DNA of 64,000 nucleotides from an uncultured Mycoplasmatota bacterium (GTDB lineage Bacteria; Bacillota_I; Bacilli_A; RF39; UBA660): NCBI GenBank assembly GCA_946402735.1, contig CAMIXH010000002.1, positions 29,080 to 93,079 of the forward strand, read 5' to 3'. Shown piece by piece: positions 29,285 to 38,173 of this stretch (position 1 is its first letter; each line of letters starts with the position of its first letter). The notes under the pieces were generated by a model. It saw only the letters and a program-made list of their open reading frames with translations, ran no database searches and was not told where the DNA came from. The position numbers and the translations under genes were made by a program.

Positions 29285-30355
29285 TTATAATAAATTCCAA
29301 TCTAGAACAAAGTTTAATATTAAGAATACTGTTCCAAGTAGTAATAACACTATAAAGAATATTGCTACTTTTGTTAATGCACTACTCTTCTTAACACCAC
29401 TTTCTAAATCTTCAAATCCTTCAAAATCAGATTTATTAAATGTCATTGAATTTGAATAGAATGATTTATCTACTTCTTTAATCTTTGGTGTCTCTTCTTC
29501 ATCTTCTGCTTCATCATCATTCATCTTAACATCGGCATCAAATGTAGCTTCTAAATCTTTAAGAATATCTACTGTTGCTGTTATTTCTTCATCTTCTTCG
29601 TCTTCTTCAGTTTCTTTTCCTTTTGCTTTTTCTTCTTCTATTTTTAATAATTTCTTTTCAAGATTAATTTCATGAGTAAATTCATTTTCAGGCATCTTGA
29701 TAGCTTCTAAATCAGTAGTCATACTTAATAGTTCTTCTTTTAACATATCATTCTTTGAAGCTTCAAGTTCAATAGGAGCAACAACTGTATCATCCTCTTC
29801 TCCCATTAATTCTTCAAATAAATCTTTCTTTTTACCATGACTTTGAATATCTTGAATTAAATCTACTATTGTTTTTTCTTCTGTATTAAGTTCATCTATT
29901 GGTCCAGTTATATCTGGATCTTTTTCTTCTTCTATTCTATCTTCTTTAATCTTTATGTTTTTTAATATATCAATTTGAGTATTAGATAACTTTCTATGTC
30001 TATCTACTTCATAATCAGAATTTCTTTTATCTTTAGCTCTTTCTAATACTGAGTTGATATCATAGTCTTTTTCTTCTTTTCTAACAACTTCAGGTACTGG
30101 TTCTTCTTCTGGAATCTCTAATAAAAGTTTCTTTCTATTTTCATCTTCTTCTTTATTATCCATAGAATAAACATAATTTTTTATTTTTTCTAAATCTATT
30201 TCTTTTGGAGCATCAGAAATAACACTAACATTTGTGTTAGTTTTAATTCTAGATAACTCACCTAAATCAGTTTGATTATATACATTCTGATTTCTTTTAG
30301 TACGGCTCATTGTATCTAGTGAAACATCTTCATATTTTTCCATTCTTGTACTCAT
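29285..30355 (-). CDS. Acidic hypothetical protein with a C-terminal TM anchor
   Basis: 356 aa, E/D/K-rich, with a single C-terminal TM (VAIFFIVLLLLGTVFLILNFVL). Confidence 0.6.
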   Translation of the reverse strand: MSTRMEKYEDVSLDTMSRTKRNQNVYNQTDLGELSRIKTNTNVSVISDAPKEIDLEKIKNYVYSMDNKEEDENRKKLLLEIPEEEPVPEVVRKEEKDYDINSVLERAKDKRNSDYEVDRHRKLSNTQIDILKNIKIKEDRIEEEKDPDITGPIDELNTEEKTIVDLIQDIQSHGKKKDLFEELMGEEDDTVVAPIELEASKNDMLKEELLSMTTDLEAIKMPENEFTHEINLEKKLLKIEEEKAKGKETEEDEEDEEITATVDILKDLEATFDADVKMNDDEAEDEEETPKIKEVDKSFYSNSMTFNKSDFEGFEDLESGVKKSSALTKVAIFFIVLLLLGTVFLILNFVLDWNLL

Positions 30356-30475
30356 ATTATTTCACCATAATAATAATATCATAAATATATACCATTTTCA
30401 ATTATACATATTATAGATTTTTTTATATTTTTAATGTATAATTTATATATAAATAAACAAAGGAGAAAATAATAA

Positions 30476-30673
30476 ATGGAAAAATTAAGAGTAACTGACT
30501 CATGCATAGGATGTGGATTATGTGTTAGTCAAAATGAAAAATATTTTGAATTTAATGATGAAGGAATGAGCAAACCAAAACAAGAAGTAGTAGATCCTGA
30601 AGATAAAGCAGAACTACTAAATATCGTTGAATCTTGTCCTGGTGAAGCAATTGTTATTGAAGAAGAAAAATAA
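30476..30673 (+). CDS. Small ferredoxin (single [4Fe-4S]/[3Fe-4S] type)
   Basis: 65 aa with CIGCGLCVS...CPGEAI and a good AGGAG RBS. A terminator hairpin (AAGTTCAA..TTGAACTT plus T-run) lies at about 30671-30695. Confidence 0.8.
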   Translation: MEKLRVTDSCIGCGLCVSQNEKYFEFNDEGMSKPKQEVVDPEDKAELLNIVESCPGEAIVIEEEK

Positions 30674-30686
30674 GTTCAATTTGAAC

Positions 30687-31406
30687 TTATTTTTTATTTA
30701 CAACACTATATAATTGTCTTACTTCTTTTATACTTAATGTTCTATATTCACCAATAGATAAACCACTAAGATTTAAGAATGCATAAGATATTCTTTTTAA
30801 TTTTAATACTTTATGATTAATTACTTCCATCATTTTTTTAACTTGATGATTTCTTCCTTCTGTAATAGTTAATTCTATATATGTTTTATTATTCTTTTTA
30901 TCTGTTCTTACTAATTTAGCATATGCTTTTTTAGTTTTAACTCCATCTATTACTACACCCTTTTCAAGAGTTCTTAATTCTTCAGGAGTTACAATACCTT
31001 CTACTTTAACAGCATATGTTTTTGGAACATGTCCACTTGGATGAGTTAGTTTATTTGATAACTCTCCATCATTAGTAAGTAAAAGTAATCCGCTAGTATC
31101 ATAGTCAAGTCTTCCAACTGGAAAGATTTTTTCTTCTGTATCAATTAAATCTACTACTGTAGTTCTTCCTTTTTCATCACTTACACTACATATTATCTTT
31201 TCTGGTTTATATAATAAATAATATAGTTTTTCTGATCTTGTAACTAATACATCATCAACATAAACTTTATCTTGTTCTTTAATTTTAAATCCAAGTTCAT
31301 TTACTATTTCATCATTTACTCTAACATGTCCTTTTAAAATTAATTCTTCACTTTTGCGTCTAGATGCTACTCCACAAGAACTTAAATATTTTTGTAATCT
31401 TTCCAT
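30687..31406 (-). CDS. rluB: Pseudouridine synthase, RsuA/RluB family
   Basis: Has an S4 domain (LQKYLSSCGVASRRKSEELI) and the catalytic GRLDYDTSGLLLLTNDG. The start is moved to the ATG at 31406, behind a GGGAGGA RBS. Confidence 0.88.
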   Translation of the reverse strand: MERLQKYLSSCGVASRRKSEELILKGHVRVNDEIVNELGFKIKEQDKVYVDDVLVTRSEKLYYLLYKPEKIICSVSDEKGRTTVVDLIDTEEKIFPVGRLDYDTSGLLLLTNDGELSNKLTHPSGHVPKTYAVKVEGIVTPEELRTLEKGVVIDGVKTKKAYAKLVRTDKKNNKTYIELTITEGRNHQVKKMMEVINHKVLKLKRISYAFLNLSGLSIGEYRTLSIKEVRQLYSVVNKK

Positions 31407-31433
31407 ATGTGTCCTCCCATGCAAATTATATCA

Positions 31434-31457
31434 TAAAAAAAGAGTCTTATGACTCTA
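31434..31457 (-). terminator. Rho-independent terminator ending the NAD operon
   Basis: The minus strand reads AGAGTC-ATAA-GACTCT followed by TTTTTTT. The stem includes the nrtR stop codon. Confidence 0.7.
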
Positions 31458-32289
31458 TTTTATTTTTATATGTAAATAATACGCTTGGTCTATGTCCTCC
31501 ACCAGTTTGCATCTTATCTGTTTTGACAACTTTACCAGCTATTATTCTTCTAAATGCTGGATCTAGTAATTCTTTTCCTAATATTACTTCATATACTTGT
31601 TGAAGTTCACCTAAAGTGAAGTAATCTCCCATCATATTAAATACAATATCTGTGTATTCAATTTTATTCTTTAGTCTTTCCATACCAGCTATTATTAGTT
31701 TAGGATGATCAAAAGCAAGGCCATCATTTTCTAATATATCAAATCTATATCTATCTGTTGTTTTTTCTTTTAATGTTTTGCCTACTACAAATTTAATTTG
31801 TTCATTACCATTATCTAAAGTAACATGATAAGATTTTTTATCTTCTAAACATGTAATGTTAAACCATGATGCATTTGGAAATAGTGAATCATCTAATTTA
31901 TTTTTATCAACAAGTCCTAAATATGATACAGCAAATACTCTACATCTAGGATCTCTATCAACACTATCAAATGTATATAGTTGTTCTAAAAATACATTGT
32001 GTAAGTTTGTCTCATCAGCTAATACTCTTCTAGCAGCATCTTCACTTGTTTCATCTATTTTTACAAATCCACCTGGTAAACACCATTTATCTTTATATGG
32101 ATAATTATTTCTTTTAACAAGTAAAACACTATAACATTTTTTAGATAATTTTCTATAATTATCTTTTCCTTCATCAGCAACACTAAATAAACAAATATCA
32201 CTTGTTACTGAAGGTCTATCAAATCTAGTAACATCATAGTTTTTTAAAAATTCTTCTTCACTACTATACTCTTTTTCCATATTATTCAC
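31447..32289 (-). CDS. nrtR: NrtR-type regulator (degenerate Nudix domain plus C-terminal winged helix)
   Basis: The Nudix-like box is degenerate (LPGGFVKIDETSEDAARRVLADETNL). The C-terminal FTLGELQQVYEVILGKELLDPAFRRII matches the NrtR wHTH pattern. It is the last gene of an NAD operon. Confidence 0.7.
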   Translation of the reverse strand: MNNMEKEYSSEEEFLKNYDVTRFDRPSVTSDICLFSVADEGKDNYRKLSKKCYSVLLVKRNNYPYKDKWCLPGGFVKIDETSEDAARRVLADETNLHNVFLEQLYTFDSVDRDPRCRVFAVSYLGLVDKNKLDDSLFPNASWFNITCLEDKKSYHVTLDNGNEQIKFVVGKTLKEKTTDRYRFDILENDGLAFDHPKLIIAGMERLKNKIEYTDIVFNMMGDYFTLGELQQVYEVILGKELLDPAFRRIIAGKVVKTDKMQTGGGHRPSVLFTYKNKIES

Positions 32290-32292
32290 CTC

Positions 32293-33210
32293 TTAATAAA
32301 TTACTTTTCCACCAAATCCACTTAATACTTTATTATGACTTGTATAAACTAATTGTGTTACTTGTTTATCACAATCTTCACACTCTTTTACCATTCTAGC
32401 ATAAAATTCAACTAACTTAGCTTGATCTGTTAAATATAAACCATCTACACATTCACAATAACCTTTAGAATAAAAATGGTGTGATAAGAAAAAGTTCTTA
32501 TCTAAATTATTAAATATTTCATTGAAATTAATAAATCTATCTCTTGCAAATTCATTACATTTCATTAAAGAAACAAAACCATCTTTATATATTCCAAGTC
32601 TTCCAACATAATTAAGCATAGCTTTTATTTCTTTTAATGAATCAATATAACCTTTCATTACAAGAGTATTAATATTAATTATTTTTTTGTCTTTTAATCC
32701 CTCTTGTACATATATTATATCATCTTCACTAGCAACTTTTCTAGAGTGAAAAATACTTTGATTTATTTCTTCATCATAATGATGTTTTGATAAATGTATA
32801 CTTTCTAAATTATTAACATTATCAAATTCTAGTATTTTTCTAAAATTTAATCCATTTGTTGATAACTGTACTTCTATATTAGGATCTATTCTATATATCA
32901 TCTGTATAATATCATTAACAGTATCTGGATAAACCATTGGTTCTCCACCACTAAGACTTACTCCATGTAATAATCCTTTTTCATATAAATATCTAATTAC
33001 ATATTCTAATTTTATTATATCAATTTTACCATTATCTTTTGAAGATTCATTTACACAAAACTTGCACTTAGCATTACAATCATCTGTTACTTTTACATAT
33101 AATCTAAGTGATGGATTTGCTTTTAGGGGATACTCATCTTTATTAGTAGAACAAAGATAATCCCTCATATTAATATCTTTTCCAAATACATTTTTTATCA
33201 TAATTAACAT
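32293..33210 (-). CDS. Radical SAM enzyme (MoaA/PqqE-type core, short C-terminal Cys cluster), function unknown
   Basis: Has the CNAKCKFC (CxxxCxxC) motif, SLSGGEPMVY, LSTNG and NTLVMKGYID. The C-terminal cysteines read YCEC..(22 aa)..CEDC. There is no full SPASM domain. It overlaps the upstream ORF by 7 nt. Confidence 0.8.
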   Translation of the reverse strand: MLIMIKNVFGKDINMRDYLCSTNKDEYPLKANPSLRLYVKVTDDCNAKCKFCVNESSKDNGKIDIIKLEYVIRYLYEKGLLHGVSLSGGEPMVYPDTVNDIIQMIYRIDPNIEVQLSTNGLNFRKILEFDNVNNLESIHLSKHHYDEEINQSIFHSRKVASEDDIIYVQEGLKDKKIININTLVMKGYIDSLKEIKAMLNYVGRLGIYKDGFVSLMKCNEFARDRFINFNEIFNNLDKNFFLSHHFYSKGYCECVDGLYLTDQAKLVEFYARMVKECEDCDKQVTQLVYTSHNKVLSGFGGKVIY

Positions 33211-33596
33211 CTATTTGTAGCTCTATAACTACATCCACAAGAATCAGTTTGTACTAATGTTCTAGAACTTCCGCATGAACTACTTGATACTTCATGATAA
33301 TGACCATAATGTTTTGGATCAGAGGCAACTTTATTCTTTTTAGCTTTATATATAGCCATTGATTCAACAAAAGCTTCTAAATCTACAAATCCATCATCTT
33401 CTTTAAAATTAGAAATTAATCTAGCATTATTAATAATAACATCTAACCATTTTGATATTTCACTATTTGAACTAATCATTTTAGTATTTACTAAAAAACT
33501 CTTATAATTTAAAACATTCTTTTTTATTTCATTTGAATTTTTAGTTCTGTTTATAATCTCATTTGTAAACATTTTTATTTGTTCTTCTAATTCCAT
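33204..33596 (-). CDS. Hypothetical 130-aa protein with a His/Ser/Cys-rich C-terminus (candidate radical SAM substrate or partner)
   Basis: The N-terminal ~95 aa are helical. The tail reads KHYGHYHEVSSSSCGSSRTLVQTDSCGCSYRATNRC and ends on a Cys. It is coupled to nadR (2-nt gap upstream) and to the radical SAM gene (overlap). Confidence 0.6.
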   Translation of the reverse strand: MELEEQIKMFTNEIINRTKNSNEIKKNVLNYKSFLVNTKMISSNSEISKWLDVIINNARLISNFKEDDGFVDLEAFVESMAIYKAKKNKVASDPKHYGHYHEVSSSSCGSSRTLVQTDSCGCSYRATNRC

Positions 33597-33597
33597 A

Positions 33598-34608
33598 CTA
33601 TTCTCCTATTAATTTATCAATTAATTCAATTGATTTTTTATATCTATTTTGATAATCTCCGTTAATACTTATATATTTTATATTATTCTTTTTAAGTAAA
33701 TCTTTTAATATCTTGTTATTCTTTTTTCTAATACTTTGTTCTCCATATGTTCTACTTCCATCTTGCACCCATTTAACATCTGGTTCTAAGAAAATATATA
33801 AATCATAATTATTTAAATATGATATACCTTCAGCTAAAGCTTCAAATTCTTTATCCTCTTTTTTCTTAATACCAAAATCCAATTTATAATAATACAAAGT
33901 TATTAGAGAATCTGTATCAATAAATAATACTTTATTAGCAGAGTCCATCATTAATTCTTCTTCTCTTTTATGTCTAAATACTATATTGTGATAATGATAT
34001 TTTTGCATATTATCTATTCCACCAGCTTCATCACATACATATCTTCCTTCTTCTCTAACATAAGAAGTATTATATTTTAAAGCTAAGTTTCTAACTAATG
34101 TACTTTTACCACAACTTTCTGTTCCGATAACACATACTTTTTTAATAAAATGCTTTTGTACAATTCTTGGTAAATATGAATAATATTTAAATGGATTTTT
34201 TCTTATTTCACTACTTGATATATTTATATCATTTCTATCTAAATATACTATCTTACTTTCAGGATAAGCTTTCTCCCAAGTATTAGTTCCTATATAATCA
34301 CTTCCACAAAATACAACATCTATTTTATCTTTTATATAATCTTTAACTTGCTTTATACCAGATTCCCAATCATAAACATATTTAGTATCATTATTATCAA
34401 ATATTTCAAATACTTCTACATTTTCCATATCATGAGTTACTGTTTTTAACCACATTAATCTTTCTTTATGATTAATCTCATTTGGATCATTTGAATTACT
34501 AATAACTACATACAATTTTTCACATTGATTAGCAGCAGTAATAATTGCATTAACATGACCTAAATGTAATGGATTAAAACATCCTCCATACATACCAATC
34601 TTATACAT
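33598..34608 (-). CDS. nadR: NadR-type bifunctional NMN adenylyltransferase / ribosylnicotinamide kinase (no N-terminal HTH)
   Basis: The nucleotidyltransferase motif reads GGCFNPLHLGH. The second half carries a P-loop (GTESCGKST). Confidence 0.8.
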   Translation of the reverse strand: MYKIGMYGGCFNPLHLGHVNAIITAANQCEKLYVVISNSNDPNEINHKERLMWLKTVTHDMENVEVFEIFDNNDTKYVYDWESGIKQVKDYIKDKIDVVFCGSDYIGTNTWEKAYPESKIVYLDRNDINISSSEIRKNPFKYYSYLPRIVQKHFIKKVCVIGTESCGKSTLVRNLALKYNTSYVREEGRYVCDEAGGIDNMQKYHYHNIVFRHKREEELMMDSANKVLFIDTDSLITLYYYKLDFGIKKKEDKEFEALAEGISYLNNYDLYIFLEPDVKWVQDGSRTYGEQSIRKKNNKILKDLLKKNNIKYISINGDYQNRYKKSIELIDKLIGE

Positions 34609-34611
34609 AAT

Positions 34612-35280
34612 TTACTCCTTAGCTATTTTAGTCCAATTAATATATCCATAAAAAGCATTTATTAAATATACAGCCCACATTGTTACCATGATTCCATCTT
34701 TCATAAGTATCCACATCACTACTGTTATCATATCTATGATGATCCATAATAACCATTGTTCTCTATATCTTAAAAGCATTAATGTATTAGCAATAATAGA
34801 TATCATAGTTGATGCACTATCAAGTATTGTATTATTACCACCTAATACATCTAGTAATAATTTATATAAAACAATACTTACTGCTGTACAGACTAATAAC
34901 ACTGCTGTTTGTTTAATAGATAGTTTTTTACCTTTAACATTTTCTGTCTTTTTATTTTCATGTTTATTCCATAAATAATATCCTATAAATTGACTTGGTA
35001 AATAATACAGAGCATTTAACATTACTTCACCATAATACTTATTTATAAATGCTATTATGATATAACCAATTATATTAATTAGTCCCCATATATATTGACT
35101 CTTTTTTCCTTTAGCACATAAGACTACACAGAATATTCCACATATAGCTGCGATACCATCAATTATTAAATATAATAAACTATTCTCTGTATCAACTAAT
35201 GCAAAATAAATAGTAAATCCTATAACACTAAGTAACATTGCCCATTCAAATAAACTAAATTTTTTAATTATCTTTTTCAT
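34612..35280 (-). CDS. pnuC: Nicotinamide riboside transporter PnuC
   Basis: 222 aa with about 7 TM segments. Trp-rich conserved segments (WGLINIIGY, WLLWIIID, WAVYLINAFYGYINW) are typical of the PnuC family. It lies adjacent to nadR. Confidence 0.82.
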   Translation of the reverse strand: MKKIIKKFSLFEWAMLLSVIGFTIYFALVDTENSLLYLIIDGIAAICGIFCVVLCAKGKKSQYIWGLINIIGYIIIAFINKYYGEVMLNALYYLPSQFIGYYLWNKHENKKTENVKGKKLSIKQTAVLLVCTAVSIVLYKLLLDVLGGNNTILDSASTMISIIANTLMLLRYREQWLLWIIIDMITVVMWILMKDGIMVTMWAVYLINAFYGYINWTKIAKE

Positions 35281-35822
35281 TTTATATTCTCCTCTATATA
35301 TTTTATTATTTCTCTTTTAACTTTTAGAAAATTATGACTAGTATCAAAGTATTTTATATTTAACTTTTCACATTGTTTTTTTGCTTCAATACTATACTCT
35401 ATTCCAAGTTGATTACTATATCTCATATATTCATCATCTTCTTTATTAGTCCATGCATGATGATCATATTTTCTAATTTGTTTTAACTTTTCTTCTACAG
35501 TTATAGTGTCATGTCCTACAAATACAATAACTGTATCTTCTAAATTATATTTTGATATATCTTCTGGATATAAATGACAACTATCTATTACTAAATATTC
35601 ATCTTCTCTTTCTGTAATTATTTGATTAATTAAGTGAGCCATATGAGGTGAAACTTTTTTCCAGTCATCTTTATATCCATCCCAGAAATTTTTATCTATT
35701 CCTCTTTTAATTGAATCCATTTTATAATAGTTCATCTTGTATTTCTTTTTAAGATATTTAGATATAGTAGTTTTACCACATCTACTACTACCAGCAATTA
35801 TTACATTTTTCATAAATATCAC
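35277..35822 (-). CDS. P-loop kinase-like protein (possibly nucleoside / nicotinamide-riboside kinase-like)
   Basis: Has Walker A (IIAGSSRCGKTT) and a small 181-aa size. ATGA overlaps occur with both neighbours. Confidence 0.55.
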   Translation of the reverse strand: MIFMKNVIIAGSSRCGKTTISKYLKKKYKMNYYKMDSIKRGIDKNFWDGYKDDWKKVSPHMAHLINQIITEREDEYLVIDSCHLYPEDISKYNLEDTVIVFVGHDTITVEEKLKQIRKYDHHAWTNKEDDEYMRYSNQLGIEYSIEAKKQCEKLNIKYFDTSHNFLKVKREIIKYIEENIK

Positions 35823-36382
35823 TCCTTATATAAATTATGATCTTTAATATAACCAATTTCTTTAGGATCTAAGTATCTTCTAAGTACCATTTCATTATCA
35901 ATATTCTCTCTTACTTTAGTACTTGAAATATCCATATCATCAATATCAACAATAATATATTTATCTTTTTTATTTAGTTTATCTAAATAATATTTAATAT
36001 CTATATCATTTCTAGCAGCTATAATAAGAGTTAATTCTAATAGTTCATCATAATGCATCCACTTATCAAAATTAACAATATTATCTGCTCCTATTATTAA
36101 ACTGAATTCAACATCTTTATATCTTTCTTTTAGAGCATTTATTATTTGATAAGTATATTGTAGGTTACTATATACTGTATCTACAATAATTTTATCTGTT
36201 TCATAGAACTTTAACATATTAGCTCTATCTTCTAGAGATATAATACCTTTCTTATCCCAATAACTTAGTGTTGGTATTACTAATAATTTATCAACATATC
36301 CATTATTTATAATAGTATTAGCTATTCTAACATGTCCTTTATGTACTGGATTAAAGCTTCCCACATATACACCTATTTTCAT
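35819..36382 (-). CDS. nadD: Nicotinate-nucleotide adenylyltransferase
   Basis: Has GGSFNPVHKGH and a C-terminal ISSTKVR motif. Confidence 0.88.
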   Translation of the reverse strand: MKIGVYVGSFNPVHKGHVRIANTIINNGYVDKLLVIPTLSYWDKKGIISLEDRANMLKFYETDKIIVDTVYSNLQYTYQIINALKERYKDVEFSLIIGADNIVNFDKWMHYDELLELTLIIAARNDIDIKYYLDKLNKKDKYIIVDIDDMDISSTKVRENIDNEMVLRRYLDPKEIGYIKDHNLYKE

Positions 36383-36387
36383 AATAT

Positions 36388-36795
36388 TTACCTTCTTTCC
36401 ATTTTTCTTTCATATCCCTTAGGACTTACTTTTAATGTTACTCCATCGAAATAATATACTGCATGTTCATCTCTTCCATATCCTGTATATTTAAAATCTG
36501 TCTTATATTTAACTTGTTCAACACTGTAATTTAATTCACCTAATATTTTTCCAAGTACTTCTTTAATATCTTCTTCACTTAAAACTGTTGTTACTGTTAT
36601 AGAAGATTCACCATAAGTAATTGTTTGAGTATAACTAAACTCTATTTGATTTTCATAATCATCATCTCTATATCCTATTGGAACTCTATGAAGTTCTGCT
36701 TTAACAACTACTGTTGTTCCTAACTCCTTTGAATAATAAGCACTTAGCATTTTAAGTAAATCACTTTTACTAATATCCATTTTCATTTCTTTCAT
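36388..36795 (-). CDS. Hypothetical protein embedded in the NAD operon
   Basis: 135-aa ORF with no recognised motif, preceded by a G8 tract at the RBS position. Confidence 0.55.
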   Translation of the reverse strand: MKEMKMDISKSDLLKMLSAYYSKELGTTVVVKAELHRVPIGYRDDDYENQIEFSYTQTITYGESSITVTTVLSEEDIKEVLGKILGELNYSVEQVKYKTDFKYTGYGRDEHAVYYFDGVTLKVSPKGYERKMERR

Positions 36796-36798
36796 TTT

Positions 36799-36806
36799 CC
36801 CCCCCC
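36799..36806 (-). repeat. Homopolymeric G8 (C8 on the plus strand) at the ribosome-binding position
   Basis: The plus strand reads cattttCCCCCCCCatct. On the coding strand this is GGGGGGGG-AAA-ATG. It is the only long G/C homopolymer I noticed in this AT-rich window. Confidence 0.9.
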
Positions 36807-36817
36807 ATCTCCTTTTA

Positions 36818-37573
36818 TTAATTATTTCTTTTATACATTGGAATATTAAACTTATGATGTGCTCCGTTATGTAAACGAAGTATTTTTTCTTCTACTCCTT
36901 TATCTAATTCTTCATGATTTAAATGTCTTTCAATATCAGCATATTTAACACCAAGTTTGTCTTCATCACTCATACCACTTAATCCATCACTAGGAGTCTT
37001 ATATAAAACTTCATGTGGTACGTTAATGTATTCACCAATCTTAATAACTTCACTTACTGTGTAATCATTGATTACTGCTATATCAAATGTATTGTCTCCT
37101 CCTTTAGTAAAGTATCCAGTATATAGTTCACATTTATTAGATGTTCCAGCTACTATATATGTTCCACCTTTAAGTGCTGTATATAATGCTGCTAAGTAAT
37201 ATACACTTGCCATTCTAAGTCTTGGTTTTATATTAATATTACTATTTTTTAATTCTTCATCTGTAAAGTTTCCTAACTTATTTACTTCATTAATGAAGCT
37301 ATCATAAGCACCAGTTAGATCTAAATCAATTAGTTCAAATCCATATCTTTCTGCTACCTTTTTAGCATCAGTTTTATCAGTATTTAATGAATGACATGGA
37401 AGTGTTACTCCAAGTACATTTTCTTTTCCTAAAGCTAATGTAAATAATCCAGCAACTACTCCAGAATCTTTACCTCCACTTATTCCAAGTACTACTCCTT
37501 TTAAGTTATTTTTTTTAAAATAATCTCTTATAAATTCAATAATATTTTTTACTTCTTTTTCTGCATCAAACAT
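36818..37573 (-). CDS. nadE: NH3-dependent NAD+ synthetase
   Basis: Has the PP-loop (GISGGKDSGV). At 251 aa it lacks a glutaminase domain. Confidence 0.9.
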   Translation of the reverse strand: MFDAEKEVKNIIEFIRDYFKKNNLKGVVLGISGGKDSGVVAGLFTLALGKENVLGVTLPCHSLNTDKTDAKKVAERYGFELIDLDLTGAYDSFINEVNKLGNFTDEELKNSNINIKPRLRMASVYYLAALYTALKGGTYIVAGTSNKCELYTGYFTKGGDNTFDIAVINDYTVSEVIKIGEYINVPHEVLYKTPSDGLSGMSDEDKLGVKYADIERHLNHEELDKGVEEKILRLHNGAHHKFNIPMYKRNN

Positions 37574-37576
37574 AAT

Positions 37577-38173
37577 TTATTCCTCCTTAATATAATTTCT
37601 TATCTTTGATAAAGTTAATTTTGTATTAGCTCCACTTATTATTCCTTCTTGATCAAGTTCTAATAATTCATCATATGTAAGTGTCATATATTTAATAATT
37701 TCATTTTCATCTAATTCTTGATCAAATTTCTTTTCTACATCTAATGCTAAGAATGAATGATTATATGCTTCACTTACTCCTTCATCTTGATAGAAGGAAT
37801 CTAAGTGAATTAACTTGCCAGCTACATATCCAGTTTCTTCTCTTAATTCTCTAAGAGCTGCTTCTTCAGGTGTTTCTCCTTCTTCGATATATCCTGCTGG
37901 AAAGGAAATGGCTACTCCAAGTTTAGTAAATACTCTTGGTTCCATTACTACTAAGAACTCTTTAGTTTCTTCTATATATGGAGCAACCATTACAGCCGAT
38001 CCGGATATACCATTTTTTAACATTTGTTCTCTTGGAAGAACTCTTCCATTACTTAATGTATATTTATATGGAATAGATGTTATGAATCTTTTTTTAGGTT
38101 CATTAATTTCTCTTTTGATAGTTCTTAGTTCTTCCAAATACTTGTTGATTAATTCACGTCTTGTCTTTCTCAC
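37577..38173 (-). CDS. Nudix hydrolase (ADP-ribose pyrophosphatase-like)
   Basis: Has an intact Nudix box (GYIEEGETPEEAALRELREETGY). An ATGA overlap links it to pncB. Confidence 0.82.
   Translation of the reverse strand: MRKTRRELINKYLEELRTIKREINEPKKRFITSIPYKYTLSNGRVLPREQMLKNGISGSAVMVAPYIEETKEFLVVMEPRVFTKLGVAISFPAGYIEEGETPEEAALRELREETGYVAGKLIHLDSFYQDEGVSEAYNHSFLALDVEKKFDQELDENEIIKYMTLTYDELLELDQEGIISGANTKLTLSKIRNYIKEE

Noticed and set aside
32293-33210. The radical SAM gene considered as a prokaryotic viperin (antiviral ddhNTP synthase) or a full SPASM-domain RiPP maturase.
   Set aside because: I could not see viperin-specific C-terminal signatures, and there is no defence-island context. At 305 aa, with only CxC..CxxC after the barrel, it is too short for a full SPASM domain. 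It is reported as function unknown with two explicit hypotheses.
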